Assembly: GCF_023055435.1 (NCBI RefSeq) | Contig: NW_025963913.1 | Location: 3,162,001 to 3,226,000, forward strand | Source of the DNA: Haliotis rufescens | Taxonomy: Eukaryota | DNA length: 64,000 bases | Reading direction: 5' to 3' | Part shown: positions 36,863-50,394 of the stretch, piece after piece | Numbering within the stretch: the first letter of the stretch is position 1 | Layout of the letters: every line of letters begins with the position of its first letter | The notes under the pieces: generated by a model | Database searches by the model: none | The model's input: the letters and a program-made list of their open reading frames with translations, nothing else | Told to the model about the DNA's origin: nothing | Translations under genes and position numbers: made by a program

Positions 36863-37344
36863 AACAACAAATACGGAAAGCTGGGTTATCAATATCACGA
36901 TGGTACTGAATCGAATATGGACCAGACAAACCAGTGATCGATAGCATGACAACGACACACGCAATTACACGATGGCACACAATCGGACAGGTCACACAGT
37001 CAGACCATCTGATAAGACCAACAACAGGTACTCAGAACTATTTTTGCGCCGGATCACATGGGGCAGCGTCAAAGGAGTGATAACTGCCTTACGCCGCATG
37101 AGTTATCGTGCGGATATACACAGCGAACAGTCCCGTGTTGAAAGAAAGTCACGGTGATATATATTGTTGTATAATCGATTCTTTTCGTATTGAATAGGTT
37201 GAATTGTGTGCTGTAACCAAACAGTTTTGTTCTTGTTTGTGTAAATGGAGTCAGCTGGAAAGAAACCTTGCAAAAAGCCACAGTGTAATCATCTGCATTC
37301 ACACACATAGCAGGCGAGTACAGCGTTGTGCATTGAATGACTTG

Positions 37345-39345
37345 ATGAAATATTTATCCCTAAGTAGATCATTACTAGACTGTGAAGTATTTATGTCCAC
37401 TTAGATTATTACCAGACTGAAGTATTAATGTCCACTTAGATCATTACTAGACAGTGAAGTATTTATGTCCACTTAGATCATTACCAGACTGAAGTATTAA
37501 TGTCCACTTAGATCATTACCAGATAGTGAAGTATTTATGTCAACTTAGATCATTACCAGACTGAAGTATTAATGTCCACTTGAACATTACCAGACAGTGA
37601 ATTATTTATGTCCACTTAGATCATTACTAGACTGTGAAGTATTTATGTCCACTAAGATCATTACCATAATTGAAGTATTTATGTCCACTTAGATCATTAC
37701 CAGATAGTGAAGTATTTATGTCCACTGAGATCATTACCAGACTGTGGAGTATTTAAGTCTCGGTAAGTTATTATGAGACTAAAGTATTAAGGTCTAGGTA
37801 GATCAAACCAGACTATGAAGTATTTAAGTCCGGGTAGGTCATAACATACAATGCAGTATTTAAGTCCGAGTAGGCCTCACCAAACTATGCAGTATTTGAA
37901 TCCGGTTTGGCCTTACCAGACTATGAAGTATTTAAGCCCGAGTAGGCCACACCAAACTATGCAGTATTTAAGTCCGAGTAGGCCTCACCAAACTATGCAG
38001 TATTTAGGTCCGAGTAGGCCACACCAAACTATGCAGCATTTGAATCCGGTTAGGCCTTACCAGACTATGAAGTATTTAAGCCCGAGTAGGCCACACCAAA
38101 CTATGCAGTATTTAAGTCCGAGTAGGCCTCACCAAACTATGCAGTATTTAAGTCCGAGTAGGCCACACCAAACTATGCAGCATTTGAATCCGGTTAGGCC
38201 TTACCAGACTATGAAGTATTTAAGTCCGAGTAGGCCACACTAAACTATGCAGTATTTAAGTCCGAGTAGGCCACACCAAACTATGCAGTATTTAAGTCCG
38301 AGTAGGCCACACCAAACTATGCAACATTTGAATCCGGTTAGGCCTTACCAGACTATGCAATACTTAAGTCCGAGTAGATCATACCATAATATGCAATATT
38401 TAAGTCCAGGTAGATTATACAGGGATGTGAAGTATTTAAGTCCAGGTAGGTAGGTCATACCAGACGATGCAGTATTTAAGTCCCGGAAAAGCATACCAGA
38501 CTGTGAAATATTTGAGTCCAGGTAGATTATACATGATTATGTGGTATTTAAGTTCAGATAGATCATACCAGACTGTGCACATTCTAGTATGATACACCTG
38601 TGAAGTATACATGTAGGGCATTCCAAACTGTGAAGCATTCAAGTCCAGGTAGATTATACAGGGATGTGAAGTATTTAAGTCCTGGTAGATCATACCATAC
38701 TATGCATTATTTAAGGTCAGGTAGGACATACTACACTGTGCAGTATGTAAGTCCGGGTAGGCCATACCAAACTATGCAGTATTTAAGGCCGGGTAGGTCA
38801 TACCAAACTATGCAGTATTTAAGGTCGGGTAGCTCATACCAAACTATGCAGTATTTAAGGCCGGGTAGGTCATACCAAACTATGCAGTATTTAAGGCCGG
38901 GTAGGTCATACCAGACTATGCAGTATTTAAGGCCGGGTAGGTCATACCAAACTATGCAGTATTTAAGGCCGGGTAGCTCATACCAAACTATGCAGTATTT
39001 AAGGCCGGGTAGGTCATACCAAACTATGCAGTATTTAAGGCCGGGTAGGTCATACCAAACTATGCAGTATTTAAGGCCGGGTAGGTCATACCAAACTATG
39101 CAGTATTTAAGGTCGGGTAGCTCATACCAAACTATGCAGTATTTAAGGCCGGGTAGGTCATACCAAACTATGCAGTATTTAAGGCCGGGTAGGTCATACC
39201 AAACTATGCAGTATTTAAGTTACCAGACAGTGACAGTATTTAGTACAGTATTTAAGTCGGGTAGGTCATACCAGACTGTGACATATTTAAGTCCATGTAG
39301 ATTACACAAGAATATGCAGTATTTAAGCCAAGGTAAATCGTACCA
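37345..39345. repeat. 35-37-bp minisatellite array (~55 units) upstream of gene 5
   Basis: Blocks of variant units: GAAGTATTTATGTCCACTTAGATCATTACCAGAC, ATGCAGTATTTAAGTCCGAGTAGGCCACACCAAACT, ATGCAGTATTTAAGGCCGGGTAGGTCATACCAAACT. Confidence 0.95.
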
Positions 39346-41162
39346 GGTAAGAAATACCCATACCGTTTGTTGCTATAGCAATAAAGTACACATTTTACTA
39401 TGTTATAACATAGCAAGATAAGCGATGCAATAGATGTAACATTATTTGAACGAGTGGCAACCTGAGATGTAAATGAAGCACAAGGCTTTGTCAAGCAAAT
39501 TTAATTGAAGTAATTCAAACACAAACGTTGTATGATTGGTTTAATTTGTATTTTCATCCAATTCATTTCTGTATTATAAAGTGTTAGAACAGAGATTTAT
39601 GCAGAGTGAATTTATCGCCGCTTTGGTCATTATTCCTGTTATATCACAGTGTGTCAGCTTGAATCGAGAGGAAAGCCTGAATTAATGCCTGTCTTAGACG
39701 TTTACCACTTTGGTGGAACCCACTTTATTAAGATTTATGCAGAACGATATCAGTTTGATTAATAATGTTACAAAGACATGCTCTATTGAAATTAAGATGT
39801 CCCATACATGGACTTCTTTGAAGTTGGACGATAAACTAACATTCCAAGGACATCAAGAATATGTACACTGTGTAAAGCTGTCACCTTAATAGAGTTGAGG
39901 GTGAATATCATTTTCTGCTTGTATGTCCTTTCTATTCTCAGTTTAGAATTAAGTATATACAGAATTAAGAATGTACCATTTGAATACAACACATTGTACA
40001 TACAACATTATATAATAGGTTTCTTTGTTATGTTCTGATAACTTCTTTGAAATACATTTAGGAGTTGGAGTACTAAGTAAGGATAAGAATTTATGGATGA
40101 ACAACTTCTCTATTACAATTAAGAGCAATATTAATTGTAATAGAGAAGTTGTTCATTCATAAATACTTATCCTTACTTACGCTCTGATACAATGATAGTA
40201 TAACATGTCCATGCACCACAGCCATACATAACGCAGTCTGTTACATGGACCCGCCATTGCATATGCCTTGTACTATAGACCTGTAGTACAGAAATAAAAC
40301 AACAAAGAATTGATTGGTATTGTTGACAGCGTCACCTTCATCCACAGATTCAATATTTCAGTTTCATATATTACATAAATATATCTACAATGCCAAGACG
40401 TAAAACAGAGTGAGTGAGTGAGTGTGTAAGGTTTTACCCAGCTTTTAGCAATATCACAACAGGGGGCAAAAGAAATGGTCTTCACACATTGTAACCATGT
40501 GGGGATTTGAAACCGGACCTTAGGCGTGACGAGCGAACGCTTTAACCACTAGACTGTCCCACCGCCCCACATTTACAAGAACGTTGACCATGCCCATGCT
40601 ATCTTAAATTGAATCCAAAGCTTATTTAGACCAATTGTAAATATAAAACGCCAACGCTAGAGGATAACCAGACTTTATTATCCACCGAAACAGATGCTAT
40701 TGGGCGTGAAAGACAATATAGTAGTGGCAATTGTATAAATGGATGGCCCCCAATCAGTGATGACGCCATATGTTCTTGAAAAGAGTACTAAGCATTTCCT
40801 GCCAGACCGGCAGCACCCGCCACCCACACAATTTGCATAAAAAGCAAGTGGGAACCGTCCGAGATTTTACTCTCATTCATAGGCCTGGAACAGCTACTAT
40901 CAGGTCCCGATTACGTGCATCTGACATTAGATAATGGGTCACCTTGATCTTGCCCCGATGTAATTCAGCAACGTTGCGTTTAGTCATTTGGCTGAGAAGG
41001 TCTTATTCAGGTGAGATTAATCTCTTCCTACTCGAGCAGCACTTTGTCGACCTTGACGTTTCAGCAATGTTGCACTGAGTCATCGTGATCAATAGTTTAT
41101 GTGCAGGTGAGATAAGTTTCTTCGCATTTGTGTCAAGATCGTGGTAGGAGCTGGTCGGAAAC

Positions 41163-44100
41163 ATGCCTCAATACAAGCTGGTTTACTATGACTTCCGTGG
41201 ACGAGGGGAACTGTCTCGTTTGCTCTTCGCTCTGGCGGGACAGGAATATGAAGACGTCAGAATCACGAAGGAAGACTGGCCAGCGGAGAAAGACAGTGAG
41301 TAGTTAGTTGGTGGATGAGTGGCTGAGGGGAGAGCGAGTGGTGGTTGGGTGGTTGGGTGGTTGGGTGGTTGGGTGTATGGGTGAGTGAGTGGGTAGGTGA
41401 CAAGGTGTATGAGTGAGCAAAATAGGTCCTTGTCCTTGCTTGTCGTCGGATCCGAATAACGAAGACCCGCAGATTACAATGTGTGGCCTCCCTGGTCGTA
41501 ACCCTGTATGAACAAAACTTGCATATCTCTGTGGTGCACTGCAGTTCATCATTCCAAACACACGTGGGAGGCGAAGCACAAAAAGGAACCATACAAAAAT
41601 TCGGCACGAGTCAGTTCACTCGTTAACCCATCCCACCCCCAACACATTTACTGTCACATCGGCAGAATTTCAGTCATATATATATATAAACTGTAAAATG
41701 TGTTTGTTTGTTGTTGTTTTACGCCGCGCTCAGCAGTGTTCAAGCTATATGATGGCGGTCTGTAAATAATCGAGTCTGGACCAGACATTCCAGTGATTGG
41801 CATCATGAGCAACGAATCACACAAATGGGATACGATGACGTGCATCAACCAAGTCAGCGAGCCTGACCACCCGATCCCGTTAGTCGCCTTTTACGGCAAG
41901 CATGGGTTGCTGAAGACCTATTCTACCCCGGATCTTCACGGGTGTTAAACTGTAAAAAAATCCAACCTGGTAGGCAACCTGCTTGGTGTGTTCATACAGT
42001 GCTGAAGTTGTTGCTGGAATAGTCTCAGATGATCGGCCCTTTTTGCTGTTGGTGCCGGGTTGACACACAATGCGCTGTTAATTAGGGGAGATTTTCTTAA
42101 AGTAACTTCTGTGTCAGATATCCATGTGTTCCATGCTGTAACTGTGCCCTTGGTTGCAAAGAAAGACACTTGGTCACAACAGGTAAATGCGTGAAAGGCT
42201 CCAAGAGCTTTGGCTACATCTTCTCCAATTCCTGAAGCAATACTATGTATTGGAATATATCTAAACGTTTTCCCTGTTCTGATCGCGATTCAAAAACGTG
42301 ACATATCCAGAAATTGCAATAATGCAACAGCAGGGACAACAGCATCACTGTTCATAGTTCATAGTTCTGGAGCGACGAATACAAGAACAATCTAGTATCT
42401 GCCTCTCAGTGAGAAAAATAGACCCCATAGCCTCAGCCACCTTGTTTCTCAGAACCAGATTCCCACTTGTGGCAACGATTTGTTTTTCTGTGTTCTGTGA
42501 TGCTATCAGTTCGTCAAGAATGTGAATAGTTAACCGTTGTTGTCCTGTGATATCGAGAAAAACTTGCTTGAATAAGTCTTCCTGGACTGGTTGCTATGTG
42601 ATGTGTTGGGCTCTACCAAGCCAGTTGCTCATCCATCACTCTTCACTATCTGGGTATGTTGTTCATGAGCCTGGTCAATGAACATGGACGAGAATGCTGA
42701 ACGGGCCTTTCTAACAACAAACCGTACATTTCGTAGATTGCTGGATGAGTTTCCGGAAGTGATGTCATGTCTCTCCAAAGTACCGTCAACCAACGAGCAT
42801 AGCCGATGTGGTCGAGTGCAAAGAACAAGGGAAGCAGTTGTTCTAGAGACCCTGTGTACAGCTTGAAATTTCTGTTTCTCAGTGATCTCAGAAACATCAG
42901 AATACTGATCTCAAAATCTATTGTGATGGACACATTGAATTGGTGCAACTGTTGCTGCTTTACTTTCCTCAAAGTGCAGTTCGGTCCTCTTTTGAAGCCG
43001 CTCCAGTAATGGCTTGGTTGGAACGAGTAATACCCATCTCCAGATGTTCAAACGGATTGTGAACCTCCATCGGCAAATATGATGGAACCTCCAAATTTCC
43101 AAGTGCCAAGTGTCACATCTACTTCTTTTCTTTTTTGTTTCGATGAGCAGAACCTTGGACAGTCTCAGAAAGTTCTGGGGATTCTGGCTTTGATGTCCGT
43201 GAAATTGGTTCCTCTGTTTGAGAGGCTGATACTGATGGTCTTTGATGTATCTGGTTTACTTCTATATGTTCATCTTTGACTCATGAAATGACACTCAAGC
43301 ACAATGTAGACACTGTCGTAACCTTTGTAACAGGAATATTAGGAGAAACTGCTGCAGATATGTTGTGATAAGCAGCGGATTAACATTGACAACAACAGGC
43401 AATAGATAACAAGTAGCATACAGATAATTTGAAGAAGCCAAATGTTCAGTAAGAAAAACAAATTGCACACAGGTAATAAAGCACTACAATGAATAGAATG
43501 CTACAATGACAAGTGTTTCAAGGAATTAAAATTACATTTTCCTTACAATGTAGTTATGTTTATCAATTCCAGAGTACCTCTTCAGCAGAATTCCGGTGTT
43601 GGAGGTAGATGGGAAACAGTACGGGCAGAGCATGGCTATCGCCAATTTCCTGGCCAGACGGTTCGGTGAGTTGTCTGGGCTCTACCTTTCAGGAGTAACT
43701 AGGCAGTTGTGTTACAGGGACATGGCATCCCTGTATTATCTAGTTGATGCCACGTTACATTTTAACTCACTCACTTTTAGTGGGTATGAACTGTGATGGT
43801 TTTTGGATACGAACTGTGAAACATAAGGGGGGAAATGGCATTAGATCCCAAGATCTTAGGGTTCTGGTGCAGCCAAGGAAAGCTTCTCAGCTAACTAGAC
43901 GACTTGGCCACTTGGACCACCTGGACACAATACGTGATCTTGCTGATCAATGAGTTATCTATTTTACTAACTAGGCTTCCATGGCAGCACTGATGTCGAA
44001 GTACTAGAAGTTGAACAAGTCCTTGGGATTGTTGGGGACCTTCGTGAATCCTTGGTTCGATTTTTCACGGAGAAGGATGAAGCGAGGAAGGTGACGTAAT

Positions 44101-47100
44101 AACTCTCTATGCGAAACACAAAGTATACATGTTGAGTGAGTGGGAGAGTTTTGAACAGTAAAGTGTTCATCGGGGCATTTCGATATATAGTATATGTCTG
44201 TGCATATGATTGTAACACAAAAGGACCTGCAATGTCGAACTTATTTAAGATATAAACGACTCATGGTCGTTTTTTTATAGTAATTAAAACACTGCAAGGA
44301 GAATAAACCATGAGGGACGTCGCCCCGTGTGGTTTATTGTCCCTGCAGTGTTTTAATTACTATAAAAAACGACCATGAGTCGTTTATATCTTATATGAGA
44401 TATCAACATAATCTAACTTAATTCCTTTAAGGATTTTGATAAAATTTACACGTTTAAAAATATTTACCGAAATTGAATAATGATGACTCCCTGAATATCC
44501 AACCACGGAAATGTCGGAGATGTTAAGAGATGGCAGTTGTTATCCTGCCAGGCGCTCGACATTAAGGAATATGGACTTGTCGCTCGGAGTCAGTTTTATT
44601 TATCTTAGGGGTATCCATGTTAAATTGTGGAATGTTATCTCAGCATTATAAAATCGGCATTAGTCCACGAACGCAGGCACGCACACAAACACCGCTATAT
44701 AAGAGCATTTATCATTAACGCCACGCTAAACCCATTTCATCGCATAGGTAATTTTATGTGAAGGCAATCCTTTCTACGTTTTCCGAGTGATTGGTCGTCT
44801 CAGTATACCAACAAATGTGTACATTAATGTATTTTAATCTGATTCGTTTTGCAGTATCACTCTATCTATGTGTTTATGTTTGTTTTGTAGGCGGAGATTG
44901 TGACGGAAAACAATGAAACTAACATGCCGCTGTTTCTGGGCTTCCTTGAGTCTGTGTTGAAAAACAACAACACTGGGTACTATGTGGGCGATAAGGTATT
45001 ACATCAGACATGACCTGCCGGACAAACGAAAGCATAAACGTGAAAACTGGATTTGACCCAACAAACGTTATCGAAACGTTACTAGTTAAAACAGTCGCCG
45101 AAACACTGCAAACGTAAGGTCCATAATACAACTATAATATCCGTATCAAATACTTCGCCATCTAATAGCCATTTCTAGTTCACATAAACATAACATGCTA
45201 CACAAACAGCTTAAAATGGGATTTACAAAAACCAACAAAAGGGGAAAAAATAAGTGGTTTACTCTCACTTTGCCAGCAGGCTGGGGAGATTAACTTGTAC
45301 GGTCCAGTGACTTGCCATTATATGACCTAGCTGTGACCCACTGTGAGCCAAACTTAACTAAATCTCCCATCGAGTATGGCGATGCTGTATCTCACCTTGT
45401 CGGACTCTAAGTGATTTTGCTGTAGCCAGACACAAATTTTGCAAGCTATATTGTATTAGATTGTCTTGAAAATTTGTACATCTGTACATAAATGTAAATT
45501 TTAATTAATAATTAATAAAAACCTATACTACTACATACATTTTTTGTGTTATATCTACCTAGACAGGCTGTAGTCTGGCTATAGTCAGTCAGTGAAAGTG
45601 AAACAGTCTATAGTGTTAATCCCCATAGTTGTAGGGATTATCACGGGCTACTGAGTTTTAAACTAGAACACTAGCTGCTGGCAAAGTGAGAACGCCCCAA
45701 ATAAGTTTGCATCATGTTTTAAAATAAATACATATTGATGTCCTGAAGAGCGTGTTGTATACATAATTTGTACGCAACAAAATCCCATTGAATGATACTT
45801 CTATATAAATTCTTCACGCTCCTCTAAACGTGGGTTTGAATGAAGGTTCAGTTTAAATGATATTTAGATGGTCAGCACCCGTTGGTTATACCAAAGTGAT
45901 AAAAGTTTAAAACATGCGTCATCTATTTAGCATGTCTTACTGATGAACACCACTCATATATACTACACAAAAGAAGTAAGAACACCCGATTCTTTCATTT
46001 TACTATAGTTACCAAGTCATGGCCTGTTTAACTTCTTTTGAGTAGGATATATATACTACCCATCAAAAGTTTAGACTCACCAGTGTAAATGTAGCCACTC
46101 ACTATACTCAACTGTTTCAAACCAGATAATGCCAAATATTCTAAAGTTTTTACAGGTACTGTTAACACATGAACTGTTGTGGCGTAAAACCAAATCTGTA
46201 ACGGTGAAAAGATTAGAGTTTTTCGTTCATTAATTGATAAAACTCTGTGAAATGTCGCACATTTTAAAACAAAATTCGCACCAAAACGCAGGTGTTCACA
46301 TGCACGATAATGCACGTGTCTTAGCAGCAATTTGACGCGGGATACTCGTGCAATTCATCTTTATAAGGATTGCAGTTGGCTCCTCTGAGTTAGTGGAGAA
46401 ATTCTTCTTTGATGCAAGCATGGGTAGAGGGAGAAGTCTCCGTATTGAGCAACGACACCAAGCCTTGGCACTGCTGCAAGATGGCAGATCACAACGGTAT
46501 GTTGCCAGACGTCTTGGCGTATCCCAATAGGCAGTTTCCAACCTCTGGGTACGCTTTCAACAGACCAACTCCGTCCAGGATCGACCCAGGTCGGGTAGGT
46601 CAAGGGTAACATCACAGCAAGATGACCGATGCGTCTTTTTGCTGTTTCTCAGGGCCAGAAACATTACAGCCACAGCAGCCAATAATGCTTTCCAACAAGC
46701 TACAGGACGACGTGTATCTGTATCAACAATACGCCGCCGATTACGTCACTACGGACTGCGGGCACGTCGTCTAGCTGTAAGACCCCCTCTTACACCACGC
46801 CACCGTCAGAACAGACTGAATTGGGGAAATGGACATTTACGCTGGGGTCCCCGCAGATGGGCAAGGGTACTCTTCTCCGACGAATCAAGGTTCAATCTGC
46901 ATTTCAACGATGGTCGGATCCAAGTCTACAGACGTCAGGGAGAGCGGTACGCTGACGTTGCTGTTGTTGAGCATGATCAATTTGGAGGTGGATCCGTTAT
47001 CGTCTGGGGAGGTATCACCCTGACTGGAAGAACTGATTTACTGGTACAGGATGGGAATCTGACTGGCCAGAGATACAGGGACGAGATCATCATTCCTATT

Positions 47101-48052
47101 GTGCTTCCATTCGTAAGGGCCATGCCAGGTCACGCGGTTTTCCAAGATGATTATGCCAGGCCTCACAGAGCTCGCATCATGTCAGCTTCTTTACAACAAA
47201 ATGTGGTGAATCGAATGGATTAGCGAGCATTATCGCCCGATATGAACCCCACTGAGCATGTTTGGGATCTGCTGGGCCGGCGTGTTTATGCCAGAGTTCC
47301 TCCCCCTGCTAACCTTCGCCAACTTCGCAATGCATTGTTTGAGGAGTGGCAAACATTCCCCAGCGGCAGATTGAACTGTTCTTTCGTGGTATGCAACGTC
47401 GATGCAATGTCTGTGTTAGAGCCAGGGGTGGTCATACCCGTTATTAAATTTTGCAATTTCACTTTTGTATGGTACTAGCCAATACGGCATTCTGGTTCAC
47501 TAATCATCAATGCACACGTCCTTGTGAACAAGGATATGAAGACCTAAATGAATGATTTTGTTATTTTGTATTGGTAGCTTTCACAAATACGATTTTCTTA
47601 CGAGATATAGTGAGTGGTTTCAGTGAGTCTAAACTTTTGATGGGTAGTATATTTAAGAAAATGATAGGTGCTCCTCAATATTTCTGTGTGCGTGTATCAT
47701 GAGAAAATTGTAGATTGCGCATCATGTTAATGTTAAAGTACTGTTAACCTGAATGACCCCAAGAGCATATATTTCTTGTGTGCAATTAAATTGTAATGAA
47801 TGTTTAGCAATTCACAATAATTAATTCATAAAGATAAACATGCAGCCGTTTGCAAAATACGGAGAAAATACTTTAAATTGATGTTTCCAGATTGGATATG
47901 CCGATGTGGCTGCATTTGATTTACTTGATGCCGCTGGCATTGAACAAAGCCTGGTAGAACGCTTCCCATTGGTCAAAGCCAACGCAGAGAAGGTCAAGGC
48001 CAACGAGAAAATTGCCCAGTGGTTGGCCAAACGACCGCAAACACCAATGTGA
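41163..48052 (+). CDS. Sigma-class GST, gene 5 (type A), 202 aa
   Basis: Exons 41163-41295, 43573-43665, 43975-44090, 44891-44995, 47891-48052; open. [104 protein letters not shown]-..[10 protein letters not shown]..[10 protein letters not shown]; AATAAA at 48202. Confidence 0.92.
41699..41945 (-). mobile_element. Full-length headless retroposon family A with 12-bp TSD
   Basis: TSD TAAACTGTAAAA at 41687-41698 and 41946-41957. Further copies at about 29150-29350, 34714-35050, 35735-35885(-), 49594-49800, 52118-52370, 54370-54620, 56188-56447. Confidence 0.9.
41960..43000 (-). mobile_element. Degenerate Academ-type transposase relic in intron 1 of gene 5
   Basis: Frameshifted motifs [45 protein letters not shown] (XPG/H3TH-like) and [18 protein letters not shown]. 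Confidence 0.7.
45263..45691. mobile_element. MITE with 17-bp TIR TCTCACTTTGCCAGCAG
   Basis: Perfect TIRs; absent from the paralogous gene 1 intron 4. Confidence 0.7.
46054..47649 (+). mobile_element. Full-length Tc1 (DD34E) transposon, ~1.6 kb, inactive
   Basis: 27-bp TIR TACTACCCATCAAAAGTTTAGACTCAC, TA flanks; transposase from ATG 46420 with stops at 46528 and 47221 and a 3' frameshift; motifs GRSR, FSDESRF, WGGI, FQDD-x34-E (SPDMNPTE). Confidence 0.93.
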
Positions 48053-50245
48053 CGGAGAGCCAAGAAGCCTGGAAATAGAACAGGTATACCTATATTATAT
48101 ACTTAAACTGCCACACATCATGTCGTCAACACATGTTTTGTATGAGGAAAGGACAAAGATGCCCAGTGGTTCCAGCTCATAGTTGGAATAGCACAGGTTG
48201 GAATAAAAGTATGAACTGCAACTTCTTTGTTTTATTTTTTGGCGGCAATGATTCAAGAACATTTTTTCTTGTCAATGAATTAAGCACGACATGCGTAAAC
48301 AATATTCTTGTAGTTCGTGAGTGTCATCTCTTGCATGGCAGATATAATTTTGCTTTAATGTTTTTAGTAGAATGAAGAATATGTGGTAGTGAAGGAGGGA
48401 GACGCCATAGATTGGAGTGAGTGAGTGAGTGAGTGAGTGAGTGAGTGAGTGAGTATGGTTTTAAGCCGCTTTTAGAAATTTTGAAATAAATGCATGAATT
48501 ACAACTGTTTTGTGTTAAGAATGTTTTTTCATATGATGAAAGTACACATTTTGATGTGAATGAATTAAGGCCCCGGCCATTTGATTTTCTGGGAGTGGGC
48601 TTGGGGGTTGGGGGTTGGCTGGGGTTTTATTGAAACAAAAGATTGTCACCGAAAATGCTTGAAAGAAATGTTTATATATGCTTCAAACTGTAAAAAAACA
48701 ACAAAGAAATTGTCTACAATTAAACTACATTGCTGCAAGAGCTGAGCCTGTGAAGAGCCTGTGACGAGCCATGAACAGCAACCCATGCTTGTTGTAAGAA
48801 GCCACTTCCAGGAACGGGTTGTCAGGCCCTTAGTCTGTCTTACAGACCCTGATACAAATATATATCAAATACAGCCCATGCAAGTCGATAATGTTTGGCA
48901 AGTCTAGATCACTGCAGTATCAGGCTGAAAATGAAGAGAGTCACTGGGCTCCTTTTTATTATATTTTTATTAAGATAACTGAACAACTGTTTTTTTTATG
49001 TACGATATGTTTCTTTTCAGAGACTAGATTTTAGTCTATCAGGCCCTCTGTGACTTAGCTGATGCATGTCATCGTATCCCAATTGCGTACATCGATGCTC
49101 ATGATATTTGGTCCAGACTCGATTATAAATAAAATGGCCGGTCTTAAAACGAAGAAATGTTTTTGTGTTTTTTGAGTGTAACCTCTTGCACAACATATTA
49201 ATTTTTTTTTCATTGTTTCTTATAAAAGTTTCTGTGCCATAGATTTTATCAACTAAACGAACACAAATCTGATGTGCACGTTGGGACCTGAGTTAGGCCA
49301 TTCACATTTTTTAATGTGTTTCTCATCTCCAACCACAACCAACAAGAGAGCGGGCGGGCGAAAGAAAATAATGCAAAAATACATTTAAAAAACTGTTTTT
49401 CACTACTTGTGTAACTTATTTTATGACATTTTGAAGTTTAAAACACCTGTCACCAGTCTAAAATCAATTTATGACTTAGATAGTCGCTTTGCTTGATGAC
49501 TTGTGTGCCATCATGGTTGCGTATCATGATGACCCGGGGCCATACGGCTTTGGACGTTGCTCATAATATCATTTACTGTTTTACAGATCGCGCGACCCGT
49601 GAGGATCCGAGGTAGAATAGGTCTTCAGCAACCGATGCTTGCCGTAAAAGGCCACTATGCTTGTCGTAAGAGGCGACTAACGGGATCGGGTGGTCAGACT
49701 CGTTGACGCATGTCATCGATCCCAATTGCGTTGATCGATGCTCATGATACTGATCACTTGATTGTCTGGTCCAGACTCGATTATTTACAGACCGCCGTCA
49801 CATGTCTTGAATGTTGCTGCAACAACGGCAAAGCTTGAGCATCCCTTCTGCCTCCTTTGAGCAACCAACCTCCTCGGCAACCTTTGTGCGACTGTTTTGA
49901 ACATGTTCAAAAATTCACGGCGACCATGGCGTCCATGGCGATGTCTGAACCTCCTGTGTACCACCTTCGAACGACCTAGGCAACCATTCTGCCTCCTTTG
50001 AGCCTCCGACGATGACCTGGCAAATTCTATGGTCGCACACGGGAGGCACAAAGGTCGCCATCCTGTGTAAGGCTACATTAGTTATGCATGCATGCATCAA
50101 CCCACTGCGTTACATTCAGTATATAAGTACAGACACAATGTATTCAGAAATACCTCAATCGATCCTCTGTATGTTTACGCGTTGCTATTGACCGATTAAG
50201 ATAGTGTGAACGTGCATTCTGGACCAATCAACGCGTGGGTTAGAA

Positions 50246-50298
50246 GTCACGTGACAACCGACAACCGCGTCCCTGGAGAAACTTCGAATGATTCAGCA
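50246..50298 (+). promoter_or_regulatory. Gene 6 promoter: GTCACGTGAC E-box (50246-50255) and ARE-like ATGATTCAGCA (50288-50298); CCAAT at 50224
   Basis: Consensus matches about 100-170 nt upstream of the ATG. Confidence 0.5.
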
Positions 50299-50394
50299 AG
50301 TTTGATAATCTCACGGCTCCCGCGATTTTAACCCTTGTTATCGCAGTCGCCAGCGACGTTCTAGCGAAGAAAGGACGCAATCCACAGCTCAAAC

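Noticed and set aside
36110-37170. ~300-bp direct duplication flanking a SINE, resembling LTRs
   Set aside because: No TG..CA ends, PBS or PPT; it looks like a local duplication of decayed repeat sequence.
37851-39421. ORFs of 12-aa repeats (MQYLSPSRPHQT / MQYLRPGRSYQT) as a repetitive shell or structural protein
   Set aside because: A by-product of a 36-bp minisatellite; neighbouring units are 35 or 37 bp, frames break and stops occur, and there is no signal peptide or exon context.
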